Positions 38,901-52,866 are shown, counted from the first letter of the stretch. The stretch is DNA of 64,000 nt from Entomortierella parvispora E1425 (GCA_020891255.1 BQFW01000011.1:310001-374000), one strand, 5' to 3'. A program made the numbers and translations. The notes: generated from the letters alone by a model not told the origin.

Positions 38901-39601
38901 GCCTGGATTCCGCTGTCCTTGCGCACCATCTTGGTAAAGATCATTGATTTTAAGTATTGCCTGTGTTGTGAGACTGGTCCAATTAACTTTGCTACCTATT
39001 TTCATTAGACACCTCAGTAGCTGCGAGTTCGCATGCAGGGCTAGTACACTCGTTTGCAAGCCATCTACCGAATCATTTGTCAACGGCCGATGGAGATGCA
39101 GGAAATCGGTCATCGGTGTCCTCTCGAAGAGCGAGTCATGAGCAACTGACGGCGAGCACTCTAAAGTCTATGATGAAGATGAGCAACAACGGAGGCGCCA
39201 GCGGGACAGCCAGCGAAAGGAATAGTGTGGTCGTTGATCTTTCGAGGCTGTCGCAACACTATCCCAGTATTAATGGGGGCGGTGATACTCACCAGAATGG
39301 TATCGGTGTGAACAACGGTCATGACAATGGCATAGGCGGTGGATACAGATCCTCACTGATCGCGTCTCAAGAACCCTTATCCCAACACCAATATCGGGTT
39401 GGTAATGGAGGTGATATAATTCAGCAGAGTGGCGACGGTGTCGGGAGCCATATTGGTGGACATGGAAGTAGCAGTAGCAGTAGCAACAGCATGACACTGA
39501 CCCCTTCCTCAAGCTCATCTAGCCTCACTGGCAGTAGAAGCAGCAGCAGCGAGAAGAAAGGCAAAAAGGTGCGCGGGTTCTTGAAAAAAATATTTAATTA
39601 G
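35916..39601 (+). CDS. Ankyrin-repeat protein with a long S/P-rich N-terminus, multi-exon
   Basis: HGCTPLHLAARRGHLEMV, RGWTPLHESISQNH, GADLEARNDAGETP. ATG 35916; last exon ends KIFN* at 39601. Internal exon borders are approximate. Confidence 0.8.
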
Positions 39602-39635
39602 GACCAAGTGCGCCTCGTTCTCTTCAAGCGCAAAG

Positions 39636-42632
39636 CTAGCTGTGGCCCTCATTTTTCAATAAAGGGATAGTGTCAAACCTAGCCGACTCTACTTCAGGAA
39701 GGTGCCAAGTTTCCAATTCGCTCTCTGCGTCGAAGGCTATCCCAGGTATTTGACTCGTGCTGGTACTGTCAGTATCTAAGCCTGACGATTCACCACCAAG
39801 ATCTTCGTCTTCATCTGATGGCAATCTCTGTCCTACTGCCATCCCTTCATCGGTCTCATTCTCCGTAGCGCCAATTGGAGTTACTGGTGCAGTGGCAACG
39901 GTGGCGATTAGAGGAGTTGAAGTGGTGGGCGTCGCAGCAGGGTCCGTAGCTATAACACCTTCGATCACGAATCGAACTACCATGGAGCTCTCCACCTCCT
40001 GATCAGGAAGACTGGTCACATAGACTTTATTGCCTTCTTGCCGGAACCGACCCCTGGAAGAGGTTCGAACAGTCTGACCTGGTTTGACATCAAACGACAC
40101 CCTCCAGAGGGGAGAAATCGCCTTGTCGTTCGTGCGAATCCTTACTTGCGTCCTGAAAGGAGTAATGCTAGGTGCCTGTGACGCTACATCCTTGTCTTCC
40201 TCCTCGTCACCGCTATTTTCCCCATTGGAAGGTTGCTTCTTTTCAGGGCTGAGCGAGAAACTGATAAACTCCTGACTTGCGTCTAGTTTCACAAAGTCGA
40301 TCAAGAAGGGCTGGGAGTCCTGCTGTTGAGATTGGGGGTGCGTTACCAATGACGAGTTTGCATCCTTGATGCCGGCCAATGAGACTGGCACTACGAAAGA
40401 TTTTTGTATATCTTCAGCAGTTGAATCCATGGCATCATCCGGTCCCTCATTCACCATGTCTCTAGCAATGTTCCAATCCTCTTGATTGGAGCTTGGTTCA
40501 AGGCCTAGGTACTTCTCCCACGTTGCGTCCACAAATTCGGCAGTCCAATTCCACATCCGATCCAGGGTATCTCGCATCAAGTAAGGCCCAGCATTGGCGT
40601 CCGCAAGAGTCCTGGCCTCATGCTCCTGCTCCAGTTCCAAGCAAGACTTGACTTTTTTGGACGGATCAATGAAATCGCATCCGGAAGGTGTACAGCGTGT
40701 TCCCGGAGCGCACGATTGCATGACCCATCTGTTGTTATCACAGATCGCGAATTGGTACCCATCGCAAGTAAGCCCTTGGCCCGCAGAAGGTTTCTCACAT
40801 GGGCCGCCTTGCACGGGACATTGGCTACTCGACATTTGCGTGCCGTGGGGTTTAGGCTTGGGATGCTTCTCGGCTGGCACCGGATCAGGTGCTGGAGAGA
40901 GAGATGCCGCTGCCGGTGCCACCATCGGAGCTTGAGGAGCTGCGATGGGAGGTACTTTGTTTCCTCCAGTAGGTGAGGGGACAACGGAGGATGCCAGTGC
41001 AGTTGTCGGTTTTGGCTCTGGCTCTGGCTTACCGCCACAGATAAGATGTTTAGGTCTCCTCAGATGCTGTGCTGCAGCGACGTTGTATTTGAGTCCGGTC
41101 ACTGAATCCATATTTCCATAGGCTTGAGAGAGATCCCACATCATAATGCCTCCAAAAGATGAGTATTTGCATCGGACTGCATCCATGATCTCCCTCAGTC
41201 GGTCGATGGTCACGTATCCTGCGTTCGCTGCAGTGACAGAGGCTGGAACGCCCAAAAAGACTTTGACATTCTTGTTAACCGAGATCGTCTTGGCCCACTG
41301 ATCCCACTGCTCAAAATTGAAGTTGAAGGACCCGTAGGCCTGAGTGCCGCAATAATTGTTGTAATACTGTACAAAAACCATATCAACCCAAGCCGACTGC
41401 AAGGTTGCTCCAAGGTAGGCGTCTATCCAAATAGAGTATATCCCTCTTTTAGCGCTGCTATGGTTTCAAGACGGCAATGGTGAAAGCTAGAAATACTCCA
41501 TTTTTTTACCTGGGAAGGGGCATTGAGGGGCAGCTGTGATGTAGTATTTCTTCTTCGCATCTGTAGCAAACAATGATCTCAATTCTGCTATGAATGCTGG
41601 ATATCCAACAGACGATCCTCCTTCAATACTAATGTACAATATAGGGAAGCATGTTAATAAGGTAGTTCTCTTGAATAGTTATCAGAACTAAGCCGAGACT
41701 TCAGAATAGCATATGGACGTTACTCCAGATCAACTCCGTCGAGAATAGCGTCATCCAAAGGCCGCATCGACGAAGTTCCACCGAGGAAGAGGTTCCAAAT
41801 CATGTGCGCGAAATCCCTTGCCTCTGCGTCGTCTGAGAATCCATATGCACCTGCGGCACCACCAAGGGAGAGGATAATGGCTTTCCCTTTGGACTGGCAC
41901 AGTTTCACTCCCGCAGATGTCTCGGGACAATGCAAAAGACCTGTTCCTGGACTAAAAAGACAGCCAAACACGATAAGAGTTAACAATGAAAGAATGGTGC
42001 AACTCCAGAAACAATACCAAAAAAAGGGGGTGACAGGCCGCATTCCTGTATCCACGAAGTCTACATTCCTTGGTTGTGTTGGCAGTGAAAGAAAGGTAGG
42101 GACCGAAGGAGACTTACAAAGCTGAACTTGGCTCACATTGGTTCGACAGATCCATGCGAGGAAGCTGTCGTGAAGCGCTGTTGAAGACATGCAAGAAAGC
42201 CAGGACAATGACATCTTCGGCCTCTGAGTTTTGACAATAGTCTCCCAGAGGTTTTTGCCTAACAAAGAGATCGGTTATCAGAATAGCAGCAGAGGGCCAA
42301 TGGACACCGACTGAACAAAGAAATCTTTACCACAGTTGTGCATCTCCTCCTGCAGCGCCATAGGAACTACGTGAATCGATTCGTCAACCAATTGATCAGG
42401 GAAAGAAAGAGATATTAGCCTGTGGTGCCAGTGACGGTCGCGTTTTGAGAAGGGAACTTCCGTACTTTTGCCCCCAGTAGTTGACAAGGTTGTTGTCTGC
42501 GCCTGGGTTGAAGGCATCGACGAAAAAAGACCCATTGCGCAAAGTGGCGAGGAAGGAAGCTGTGAGGATGAGAAAGATGAGGACAGCAGGACGCGTCTGT
42601 CTCTGGTTGGACGGACGCGAGTGGGACGGCAT
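39636..42632 (-). CDS. GH18 class III chitinase with C-terminal carbohydrate-binding-like modules
   Basis: NLVNYWGQ, ILSLGGAAG, DGVDL|DIEGG (intact DxDxE, split by an intron), YITAAPQCP, VFVQYYNNYCG, FGGIMMWD; Cys-rich CDGYQFAICDNNRWVMQSCAPGTRC module. Confidence 0.92.
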
Positions 42633-43074
42633 GCTCCTTGTCAATTGAAGCGAGCAGACGGAAGGTGGGGAGGAGAGAGAGGAAGAACGCCCGCGCACCT
42701 TGTAGAGTGGAACCAAAGGCGATGGACGCTATTAAAAGGAAAGAGAGGTGGAGAGGACGAAGGAAAGAGGGAGAGAGAGAAGGAGAGAAGGACGATGATG
42801 ACGGCGATTCCCCGCTCTGTCGGCAGCACAGCCTGCGTGCCCTGCATGCCCTGCATGTCCACGAAGTGTTGCTTTGTGTGTGTTGTGTCGGGTTGTGCCG
42901 TGCCAACTGCGCTTGCGGTGCTTGGAGGTACCATGTGCGTCGTCTGCTCTCTCTCCTTCTTGTCTTCTCTTCTTGGCACCCTCTTCGTCCTCTCCTTGCG
43001 TCTCGCTGTTGCTCCTCTTCCCTCCCTCCCGCTCTTCTCTCCTTTTTTCATCGCATCCTCTCACTCGTCGCATC

Positions 43075-45569
43075 ATGACATCCATCGTCATCGACCCTGT
43101 AGACCCGCTTGCACTCCACAAGCTGGTCTTCCTCAATAAGTCCCATACCTTGAAGATGTTACTTGCGCCGTTTGCAGCCAGCCAAGCCCATCGTCAGAGT
43201 GACAATGCTAACCTCAAGGAGCAGCCCCCCGCACATTCGATCCATCCTGCCATCAATGCCCTGGATCATCATCATCTTGCGCCAATCCATCTAGCCGTCA
43301 TGCTTGGCAGGAAAGACATGGTCAGCATCCTGCTTATGGCTGGAGCCAACCCCTTGACTCGTTCGGGCTCTGGCTGGACCGCAAAGGAGGAGGCAATTAG
43401 TCTAGGTGACAGAGACCTGATCGAGCTCCTGGCTCGGCACCAGCGGAAAGCCCTTGCCGGTTCCTTCAAAGACAAGGCCATGCACTTGGTCAAGCAGCTG
43501 TCTGAGGCAAGTGTTCGTGGGTACGATTGTTGCTAAAAACGTGGCTAAGTGCTTACGTATTATCTTTGCTTTTTCTGCGTCGATGGTTTAAACCTGAACA
43601 GGACCTTGAGCAGTTCTACTTCCAACTGCAATGGTAAGTAACTAATCGCTAGCGTCTTCAAGACCCTACCGACTGCAAACTCCTTGGTGTCTGATCATGT
43701 CCCTTTTTCTTCGCTATCCATTCCTCGATCCATAGGGAGTTTCAAAGTTGGGGTAAGGAGATACGTTCACTCGCAATTCACGAGCGACATGAAGGGCAGT
43801 ATCTACAGTTAAAACTAACGCCTGGATAACCTGGACAACATTCTCTTCTCATGGCAGTGCCCTTTGTCAGCGGACTTTGCCCGAAGGATACATATCACAT
43901 TTGGAAGAGGGGCAACTCAGTGCGCATGGACACATCCCTTGGTAAAAAAAACCAGGTCCTCATGTCCTTCAATGACTTCCTTGACTTCTAACCGCAGTAA
44001 TTTTCTCGCTAATAGTTGGTTTTGAGAACATGAAATGGATCCGAGGTCATATATCGATCATCTTTCGCGTGGATCCTAACACAGGTTCGTACTAGTGGAT
44101 CAACTGAGCATGCCATGTAGTATTTTCTTTTGCTGATTACCTCTTAGGCCCTGAACTGGTTATCATCGACCGCGTGAAAAAGATTACACAGAAACTCACA
44201 TCGGCTGTAGATGACGACCCGGAAAAAAAAGAAGCAGACGAGCCGTCAGATGAAGAGATCGAGAATGAAGTCTCCAGATGCTTCAATTCAGATATTGTAT
44301 GCATATGATCAGAAAGATCGCTGTGTGCTTTTGCGCTCTCTTTTCCAGACTTTAACCATGTCGACATACCACTTGCTTTAGATCTCCAACAATATCCCCA
44401 CCTCGGCTATTAAATTCCAAAGAGCCAAGCAAGGAATGTGGGGCTACAGAACAGACAAGTTTGAAAAGGTCGGCGAATTTGAGTGTGCCGTCTGGAAGTT
44501 GGATGGCGTTGAGTTCAGGACCCGCATCCGAACGGAGCATTTAAAAGATGAAGACGGCAAGCCCATTACACCAAAAAAAAAATCCGTGAACGGTGAAACT
44601 GGAGGTCGGCTGCATAGTAATCCAAGACGCGCCCGTAAATTCGGTCAAGGGACAACCGGAAGTCCTAGTGGACGCGAAAAAAATTCCTCGGCTCTTCAAA
44701 TCGGCACGGGAATTGGGTCGTCATCGTCTGTGGATGAAATCCGAGGGCCTAAGGACATTCAGCACAGAAGACCTCAGCCACTCTTTGCACCCTTTGCCGA
44801 GCCCAAGGACACTTCGTTAGAAGACTGTACAACGACTGTGAATGGATTGCGTTTGAGAAGCGAAAGCCCAGCGACCTTGGGACCTGAGGTCAGTTCGGAG
44901 CATTCACAGGAAGGTGTAGTGACCACCAACGGCTTTCTCAAAAAGCATGCCCGCAGCACAGGCACCATATCAGATGATGCATTTTTTGAGACAGCACTGG
45001 AGGAGATGGAAGAGGAGATGGAAGAGGAGATGGAAGAGGATATGGAAGAGGATATGGAGGAAAAGCTGTTTTTCAGAGCGTCGCTCCCTCCCCCGCCACC
45101 TCCAACTATGACCTTCGACGAGTATTTTGATACCTCCAAGACAGGTGAGATTCACCTCGGTCGGCCCTTGGAACAAAAGGAGTCGCACAAATCCTTTGGT
45201 GCCACTCTGTGGATGTATGAGAACCCGACTGTGACATCAACGGGAGCCATGGGTACAGCGTCAACCACGGCGGCAACAGCGCCACATTTTCCGTTGACAA
45301 TTGACAAAATTCTGCCACTGTTGGAGGTCATTGGCATGGACAACAATCGACTCGTGGGAAAACTCAAGGAGTTTCTTCAGTTCAAGCTACCGCCCGGGTT
45401 TCCTGTCCGAGTGAACATCCCTGTGTATGCGTCAATCTCGGCCGACGTTACATTTGTAAACTATGATGCCAAGAGGGAGATGGAGGCGGATTTGTTTGAT
45501 ATTCCTGGAGAAACAGAAGGATACCAAGAGGGCCATGTGATCCGGCCTGACGCGATAAAATCATCTTAA
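43075..45569 (+). CDS. ANKRD13-like protein (ankyrin repeats plus GPCR-chaperone-type domain)
   Basis: APIHLAVMLG, GWTAKEEAIS, WEFQSWVP, IWKRGNSVRMDTSL, WGYRTDK, FKLPPGFPV; (E/D)ME repeat encoded at about 45001-45060. Confidence 0.85.
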
Positions 45570-45678
45570 CCATGAAGACGACATGAACTGATTCTTTCCA
45601 TTCATTCATCTCTTCTCGTGATTCCTTTATTTTCTGTTTCCTTCATTCAACTGTCTGTTCAGAGATACCTCTTTCGAA

Positions 45679-48600
45679 ATGACCGTCCTTTCGCTACTCA
45701 TTACCATCGTGTCTTTGACCATGCTCTCCTCTGTTGACGCGAACCTTAAAGACAATGACGACCCAAGCTGTTCGCATCTCTGGGCACGGCATGAGTGTGG
45801 CTATCTGGGTATTAATCAGGAACTTTGTCTCCAGCGCCAGTGCTGCTGGAGCCCTGCTCTTGCTCCAGTCCCTTGGTGCTTTGAGAAGAAGGTAAACATG
45901 TGCTAAGCATGTCAGGTCAACTATGGTGATATGCTATCCGCGTGTATTAAACTGCAGCTCTGCCTTCTGTCTTGTTCTTTATTGATGCCTTGCTTTCAGA
46001 ACGAAGAGTATGCTTGCAAAGCAGAGGTCGTGACCAGACGAGACTGTGGATGGACCGGCATTAGTGCCAAGGAATGGTAAGGCTCTGCTTCAACTATCAT
46101 TACACTGCACCTTTTATCTGACCGCCTTTTCTGCTTTCCTCGGCGTAAAAGCTACGACAGGAACTGCTGCTGGGACTCGACACCCAATAGCCTTAACTCT
46201 CCCTTCTGCTTCCTGCGCCAGCAAAGTTGCAAAGGATATGCTGTTGATTTTTCTGAGCAGTCCAAGACTGGTCTTATTCTCTACCTCAAGCTGCAAGGGA
46301 CATGCCAACGCTATGGGGAAGACAGTCCTCGGCTCAGTGTTCACGTGGACTTCGAAACGGAACACCGAATCCGCATCCGCATCATTGACCCTGAGAGCAA
46401 TCGATATGAGATTCCATCCAGCGTTCTCCCAAATCCAAAATTGTCGGCCAAACTGGGGTTTGGATATCTGGAAAACCTCGCCTACCGCTTCGATTACACC
46501 AAGAACCCCTTCACGTTTTCTGTCATCCGAAACGAGACAGGCGAAAAGATCTTTGACTCCAACGTCATGGGAATGGATACTCTGGTCTACGAAAGCGACT
46601 ATTTAGAAATCTCTACAACTTTGCCCGAAGCCCCAGACGACACGCACCTTTACGGACTTGGAGAAGTCGCTACTGGCTTCAGAAGAGATACTCGGGGCAC
46701 AAGGCAGGCCATATGGGCCCGGGATGCAGCAACCCCGTTAGACGAAAATTTGTATGGATCTCACCCTTTCCATATGGAAATGCGACGCAGTACTTCGACT
46801 ACAGGTACCACAGTCCAGCCCTCGGTAGCCGCGCATGGCGTGTTTTTAAGAAGCAGCAATGGCATGGATGTGATTCTTTCTCCTGGAAAACTCACCTACA
46901 AAGTTATTGGTGGCATCTTGGATTTTTCTCTCTTTCTCGGACCCAGTCCAACTCAAGTTTTGGATCAGTACACAGAGTTGATTGGCCGACCGCATATGCC
47001 TCCTGCCTGGGCGTTAGGATTCCACCAGTCTCGATATGGATATAAGAACATAGAGGCAGTGGAAGATATGATACGACGGTACCACGACGAGAATTTACCT
47101 CTTGATGGCATCTGGCTGGATATTGACTACATGGAGCAGTACCGTGACTTTACATATGACGACCTACGATTTCCGAAGTCCAGGATCAAACAATTGGCGA
47201 CAGATTTGGCGAATATGAAGCAAAATATGATTCTAATCGTCGATCCTGGAATTGCGGTGGCACCTGGCTATGAGCCCTACGAGACTGGTATGAGAGAAAA
47301 AGTATTTTTAATGCGATCGGACCACAATGGCTATCCAATGCAGCCTGCTGAGGGTCGTGTCTGGCCAGGCCAGACCTATTTCCCCGACTTCTTGAATCAG
47401 AACGAGACTTGGCACTATTGGGAACATCATCTGAGTCAAATGAGAAAAGACCTCGGTGAGAATGTGTATCCCTGGATCGATATGAACGAACCGAGTAGCT
47501 TCTGCAGTGGTGAATGCACGAACGCCGTAAATACCAGGCCAGAATCGAACATGCAGCATCATGAAATGCAAACAAGGCGCATCCGCTACTCTATCAATAA
47601 TGCAGGGCGCGAGGCGCCGTTAGATGAACATACGTTGGATCAGTCTACAATTCACAAGAATGGAATTCCGTTTTCAAACACTCATAACCTTTATGGGCAT
47701 TTGGAAGCGATGGCGACACACCAGGCGCTATCCAACATAAAACCTGAGCAGCGACCTTTTATTCTAACGCGATCATCTTTTGCAGGAACAGGTAAAGAAC
47801 TAATAATAGGAGGGAAAGCGAAAGAAATACCAACTAATTACACATTGCCTCAACCCTTTCAAATACTAGGTGTATATGCTGCACACTGGACTGGCGACAA
47901 CTGGTCTGAATGGAATCATCTTCACCTCTCAATTTCCGGCACTCTCTCGTTCGGTCTCTTCGGCATCCCTTTTACCGGTGCTGACATTTGTGGTTTCAAT
48001 GGCAATACAACCGAAGAGCTCTGTTTGCGTTGGCATCAACTTGGAGCTCTGTACCCGTTCTCCCGTAATCATAACGACATTCATGCTAAAGATCAAGAAC
48101 CTTATAACTGGCCTCAAACAGTCCTTCCCGCTACAAGGCAGGCCCTCAACATTCGGTACTCGCTCTTGCCCTATTTTTATACTAAATTTGAATTAGCTCA
48201 TCGGACTGGTCAGCCCGTGTGGCAACCCCTGTTTTTCGAATACCCAGAAGATACGCTCTCATGGGATATCGATCGGCAATTTCTGCTGGGAGATGGAATT
48301 ATGGTCTCGCCTGCTCTCAATGCTGGGCAGATTCAGGTCAAGGCTTATTTTCCTGGTGATGGGCGGTGGTTTGATCTTTGGACGCACGAGTGTCTGATTG
48401 AGCACGAACGGCATCATCTTGGAAGGCTACACCGATCCTCGGAACATAGCGATAAAGACAGGCTGCATAGATACAGGTATTTGCCTGCCAACGCGAAAAG
48501 GGACCCAATCCCAATGAGTTTAGCCGGCGGACACGTAGTCCCTATACAGAAACCGCGGTTGACAGTAGCAGAGACTCGAATGCAGCCCATTTCGTTGATC

Positions 48601-49200
48601 ATTGGACTGGATCAAGATGGGAATGCGAAAGGTGAAATGTTTGTGGACGATGGAGAATCAGCTAGCAAAGTAGCTCCCTCGGTGAAGATCTCATGGGAAG
48701 TCAGGAGCGGAGCTATCTTGATTAGTCACGTCGTAGCAACGCCAGGCGCAGGACAGCTACGCCATGGTGACAGAATCGATAAAGTCACAATCTTGGGATT
48801 GAACTTTGACAGAATCGGAGGCGAGCAAGAGAATCTCCCCAGCGAGGATTTGGAGCGACTTAAGACACACATCCCAACTAGGCATAATAAGGATAACGCT
48901 AAGGAGCCCCTGATGGACACAACATCCTCTAGAGAGAGCCAACATCTTTTCAACCTGAACTCGTTCTCGATGACGCTGGTGCCTTCTGTATCTCAGCAAT
49001 ACGGACGCGCCAAGCGAAAGAGCATTGTTCGGTCCTTGAACGTCAATGGCATTGAAGTGCCAGTTTCTCCAGTGTCACTGCCCAAAGATTCTCTAAAAGG
49101 ACTGGCGTGGGAAGTTAACGAGGCTCTTGGATATATGACGTTAACAGGATTGAACCTGAGTTTAATCCGCCCTTGGGCTGTGCGGTGGACTCTGGAGTGA
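45679..49200 (+). CDS. Secreted GH31 alpha-glucosidase with two N-terminal trefoil (P-type) domains
   Basis: Signal peptide; CGYLGINQELCLQRQCCW..PWCF and CGWTGISAKEC|YDRNCCWDS..PFCF; GIWLDIDY, WIDMNEPS (nucleophile), HWTGDN (acid/base), FSRNHN. Confidence 0.93.
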
Positions 49201-49364
49201 TTATCTTCGGAGTAAATTTGGTCCTAGCCTAATTTACGCGGACAGCCCTTGACGTTGATGAGATGAAATAAAATGGCGGGCCATCTTCCTTTTCATCTTT
49301 TTTTTTTTTGTCGCTCATCTCCAACTCCATCTTATCCCTCACCCATCCACCATAAATAACAATT

Positions 49365-52300
49365 ATGGGCGACAATCTGCGTGACATCCCAGAGTTCATC
49401 GAACGTGAGCTTGGCGAATCCCTTCAAGCGAGAACTGATGCCCTCGGTAGGGATAGACGCGCATGCGGAAAGAACTGTGCTGCTGTGTCATTCACTCACC
49501 TCCCTTTCTATTTTAAATAGGTACTTTCAAAGAACTTGGCGCCCCCGACCTGTGCCACATCATCAAGGTCAACGTGAAGCCAGCCATCAAAGAGGTAGTA
49601 TCGATGAACAATGCCAAATGCAACAATGCCAGATGCAACAATGATGACAAGAGTGTCAAAACTCATCATCTGTGTCTTTCAATTCTGTCTAATAGACCAG
49701 TTCCTACCACTATGTCTCTGGAATCGATGCCTCGTCCTCGGCCAGTCTTGCAGCTTACCTCAACTCGTTGACGTATGCGATTGTACGTTCACCTCCTATG
49801 TTTCTTGTTGTCCCTGCCTTGTTCTTAGTTCAGATATAGAAGTGGACTCTTGTGCTTTTATCGCGTTTTGCCTGGACGTTGTCTTTTTCTCTTTCTTTAA
49901 AAGTTGCCGCCTTAAACCAATTGCGCTCTTTTTGATTTTTTATTCTATTTTCGGCTCCGCCCGTGCTTAACCAGAATTTAACTAACTATTCTTGGCTTCC
50001 TTCTAGGACGAGTCTCACGCTTGGTTCTCTAAAGGTGCAGCTTGGCGTATTCGATCAGGGGTTTACTGGCAAGTAGAATGGACGCAGGGCATGACGCGCA
50101 TTTGCCAGGTTATTCCCCTTCCCAAACTGACCAGAAGAATCTTTTTTTGTCCTTTCCTTATTGGCTTGTGGAAATGGTCTTTCGTGATTTTACAGCTGCT
50201 ACAATGCTTTCTCGAGAGTTGATGTCCGAGTTGAAGTCAAGATCCCCGGAGGGGTGGAAAGCTACGCAGTCAACGTCCGAGGAGAAAGGTACGCCCTCCA
50301 ATCAGATCGACCAGTCAAATAGATGATGCTAGAGTGGCTCAAATTATACGCTAACTCAATTTATGTTCTAAATGAATAGACAAGAGGCAACGGCTGAGAT
50401 TTGGCAGGAAACATACCTAACGGCCATGCTCAGGTCAATCCTCTATTCGGATGACCCTAACTACCGCATTCCCGGGTTCCGCAAGCTAGATCCGATTCCG
50501 GATGTTGCTGCTGAGGCTCGATTCTTTGAAGCAGCGGAACAAATGTTTTTCCGAGGCTGGCTCCTTGGAAGCAACCCCGAGATCCAGGTGCCCACCATTG
50601 TCAACAACCACCTGACTGCTGCCATCATGAAATACTGTCAAGAAAGCTTCCGATTTGACTTGGCTGTAAAGTTTTTTGAGCGGCTCTTTGTGCAAGAGCC
50701 TGAGGTTGCCTCTTTGCTTGCTCAGTCCTATATTGGAACAGGTAAATACACACTACGTGAATTATTTAGAGACCCTACTAGGCAACTATCGAGTGTTGTC
50801 TGATGATCTCTGTCAATTGATAGATGAGGAGTTAAAGGCGATCAATGTTTTGTATGAAGCTTTGAAGCAATTCCCTCAGAGCTATGCCCTGCTGCATGTC
50901 CAGGCTGACTTTTTACGTGGAAAAGGCAAGCTCGAAATGGCTCTTCGCCTGGCAAAGCAAGCTGTCAACTGTGCCCCCTCTGAGTTTATTACTTGGGCCA
51001 AATTGACCGAGGTTTATATTGATCTTGGTGATTATGAGAGTGTAAGCCTCTTGCTTGAGTCATGTGTATCTGGATGTTTAGAGCTCAATTCGCCCACTGA
51101 CATGACTTACCCCCATTTATGGCACACCTGTAGGCTCTTCTTACACTTAACTCTTGCCCCATGTTTACCTTCAACGAGCGAGATTTACAGAGGATGCCTA
51201 AGCCTGCCAAGGCTCACTTGCCAATCCGCAACGATATAGATCTCAGCCTGATTGACGATGAGACTGGACGTGAGCACGAGGTAACGCAGCTCCTTAAAAT
51301 TCCTGGATGGCTTTGGCGTTCAACTACGCTTACTAATCGTTGACAATCTGGAAAATTATAGGCGGATCCTGCGCTACTGCGACTACCTGCCCCTTCGTTG
51401 CGTGGCACATTCTCGAGTGCGTACAACATGCTTACGCGTTTGGTCTCCAAGATTGGCTGGGACGAGCTTTTACGATGCCGGTCGTTGGTGTTTGTCATGG
51501 AAGAAGAATACCGGATGCAGAAGGAGGCTGAGGAGAGCAACCGGAAAGGCAGCCATGGACCCAGGAGGGCATCTCAGCAACACGAAGTTATCGAAGGTCC
51601 GGCTAGAGACCAGCTGCTGTCTCCTAATGGAACCCCTATCCCCATTATCAAAATCTCGACTGAATCGGAACGCGAGCGTGAACAGGAGGTTGCCGATGAA
51701 GAAGCAAGAGCCAAGGCTGAAGAGGCTGAGGCCGAGATTGCTGCTGCCTCTGCTGCTAAAGCCTCTGACGATAATGCTGACCAATCACTCGAGGACATCA
51801 AGCTGGACGACATGTCCTTGAACAGCGATAAAGAGCATTGCGAGGAGGGCGCAGATGGTGCTACTAAGGACGATAATATCACCGACGCGACCAACTGTAT
51901 TGAAGTCGATCAGGGGTCTGTAAGCATTAAGAAGAAGATGATCGAGAAGCCCAGCCAGGCAGCAGCCTCTGAGGAAGATGAGAACGAGGAGGACGAGGTT
52001 GAGCTGTCCTTCTCGTTCAGCAACAAACGACTTTGCGACCGCTGGCTGGATAACCTCTTCATGGTTCTCTACGAGGATCTTCGTCAATACACCATCTGGC
52101 GAGCAGAGGTGCAACACTTCCGATCTGTGCAAGCGCCTTACCGTAAATCAGGCACGGATTGGGAGATTTATGGCGACCTCGCGACTCGCTTACATCATCG
52201 AGAAGAGGCAAAGGATGCATACCAGCGCTGTGCTGATCAAAAGTTCTCGGCCAAAGCTCTTGTGCGCCTCTTGGAAATTTATGCAGACGAAGGCAACCTG

Positions 52301-52637
52301 CATCGGGCCATGGAAGTGGCTATTAAGCTTTGCGTTTACCATGAACGCTGGTATCATGAGACGATTGTAATTCCTTCGCCTCTCATCTACGTTGCTGTCT
52401 TGATAAATGTAAGCGAATGAAGAGAAACACTTACCAATTCGTTTTCCTTTTTCTCTATGAATAATATAGTACCCAACCGCGATAGCATTCAATCTCAACA
52501 AGCTGATTCAATCGGATGGTCTAGCCAAGGTTGAGAACACTCTCTTGGCCCTGAACACGTCACCTGTCGTTCTCAAGTTGATGATGCGATATATGACTCG
52601 CGCAAAGAACTTCGGTGTTCCAGGTTTCAGCCGTTAG
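49365..52637 (+). CDS. ChAPs-family (Bch1/Bud7/Chs6-like) exomer cargo adaptor, multi-exon
   Basis: ELGAPDLCHI, YHYVSGIDASSSASLAAY, YC|CYNAFSRVD, WQETYLTAMLR, LNSCPMFTF, WDELLRCRS.VFVMEEEYR, KRLCDRWLDNLFMVLYEDLR. Confidence 0.9.
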
Positions 52638-52866
52638 GGATGGATTTTTTTGACGTAAGATAATTAAAAGATTTTTGAAATCAGGGATTATGTATTATCA
52701 AGACGCAAACTTGGCTGTTTGCGGCCACGATGTACCACCTCATATTCCCCCCATTCGACATTGCTGTGCACTTTGTCCTGCCAGTTCATGATCATCTTCG
52801 CTCGAATCCACAAAACTTCATCTCCAGCATTCAAAAGAAATAAAACACTCGGTGAAGTAAGCAAAA

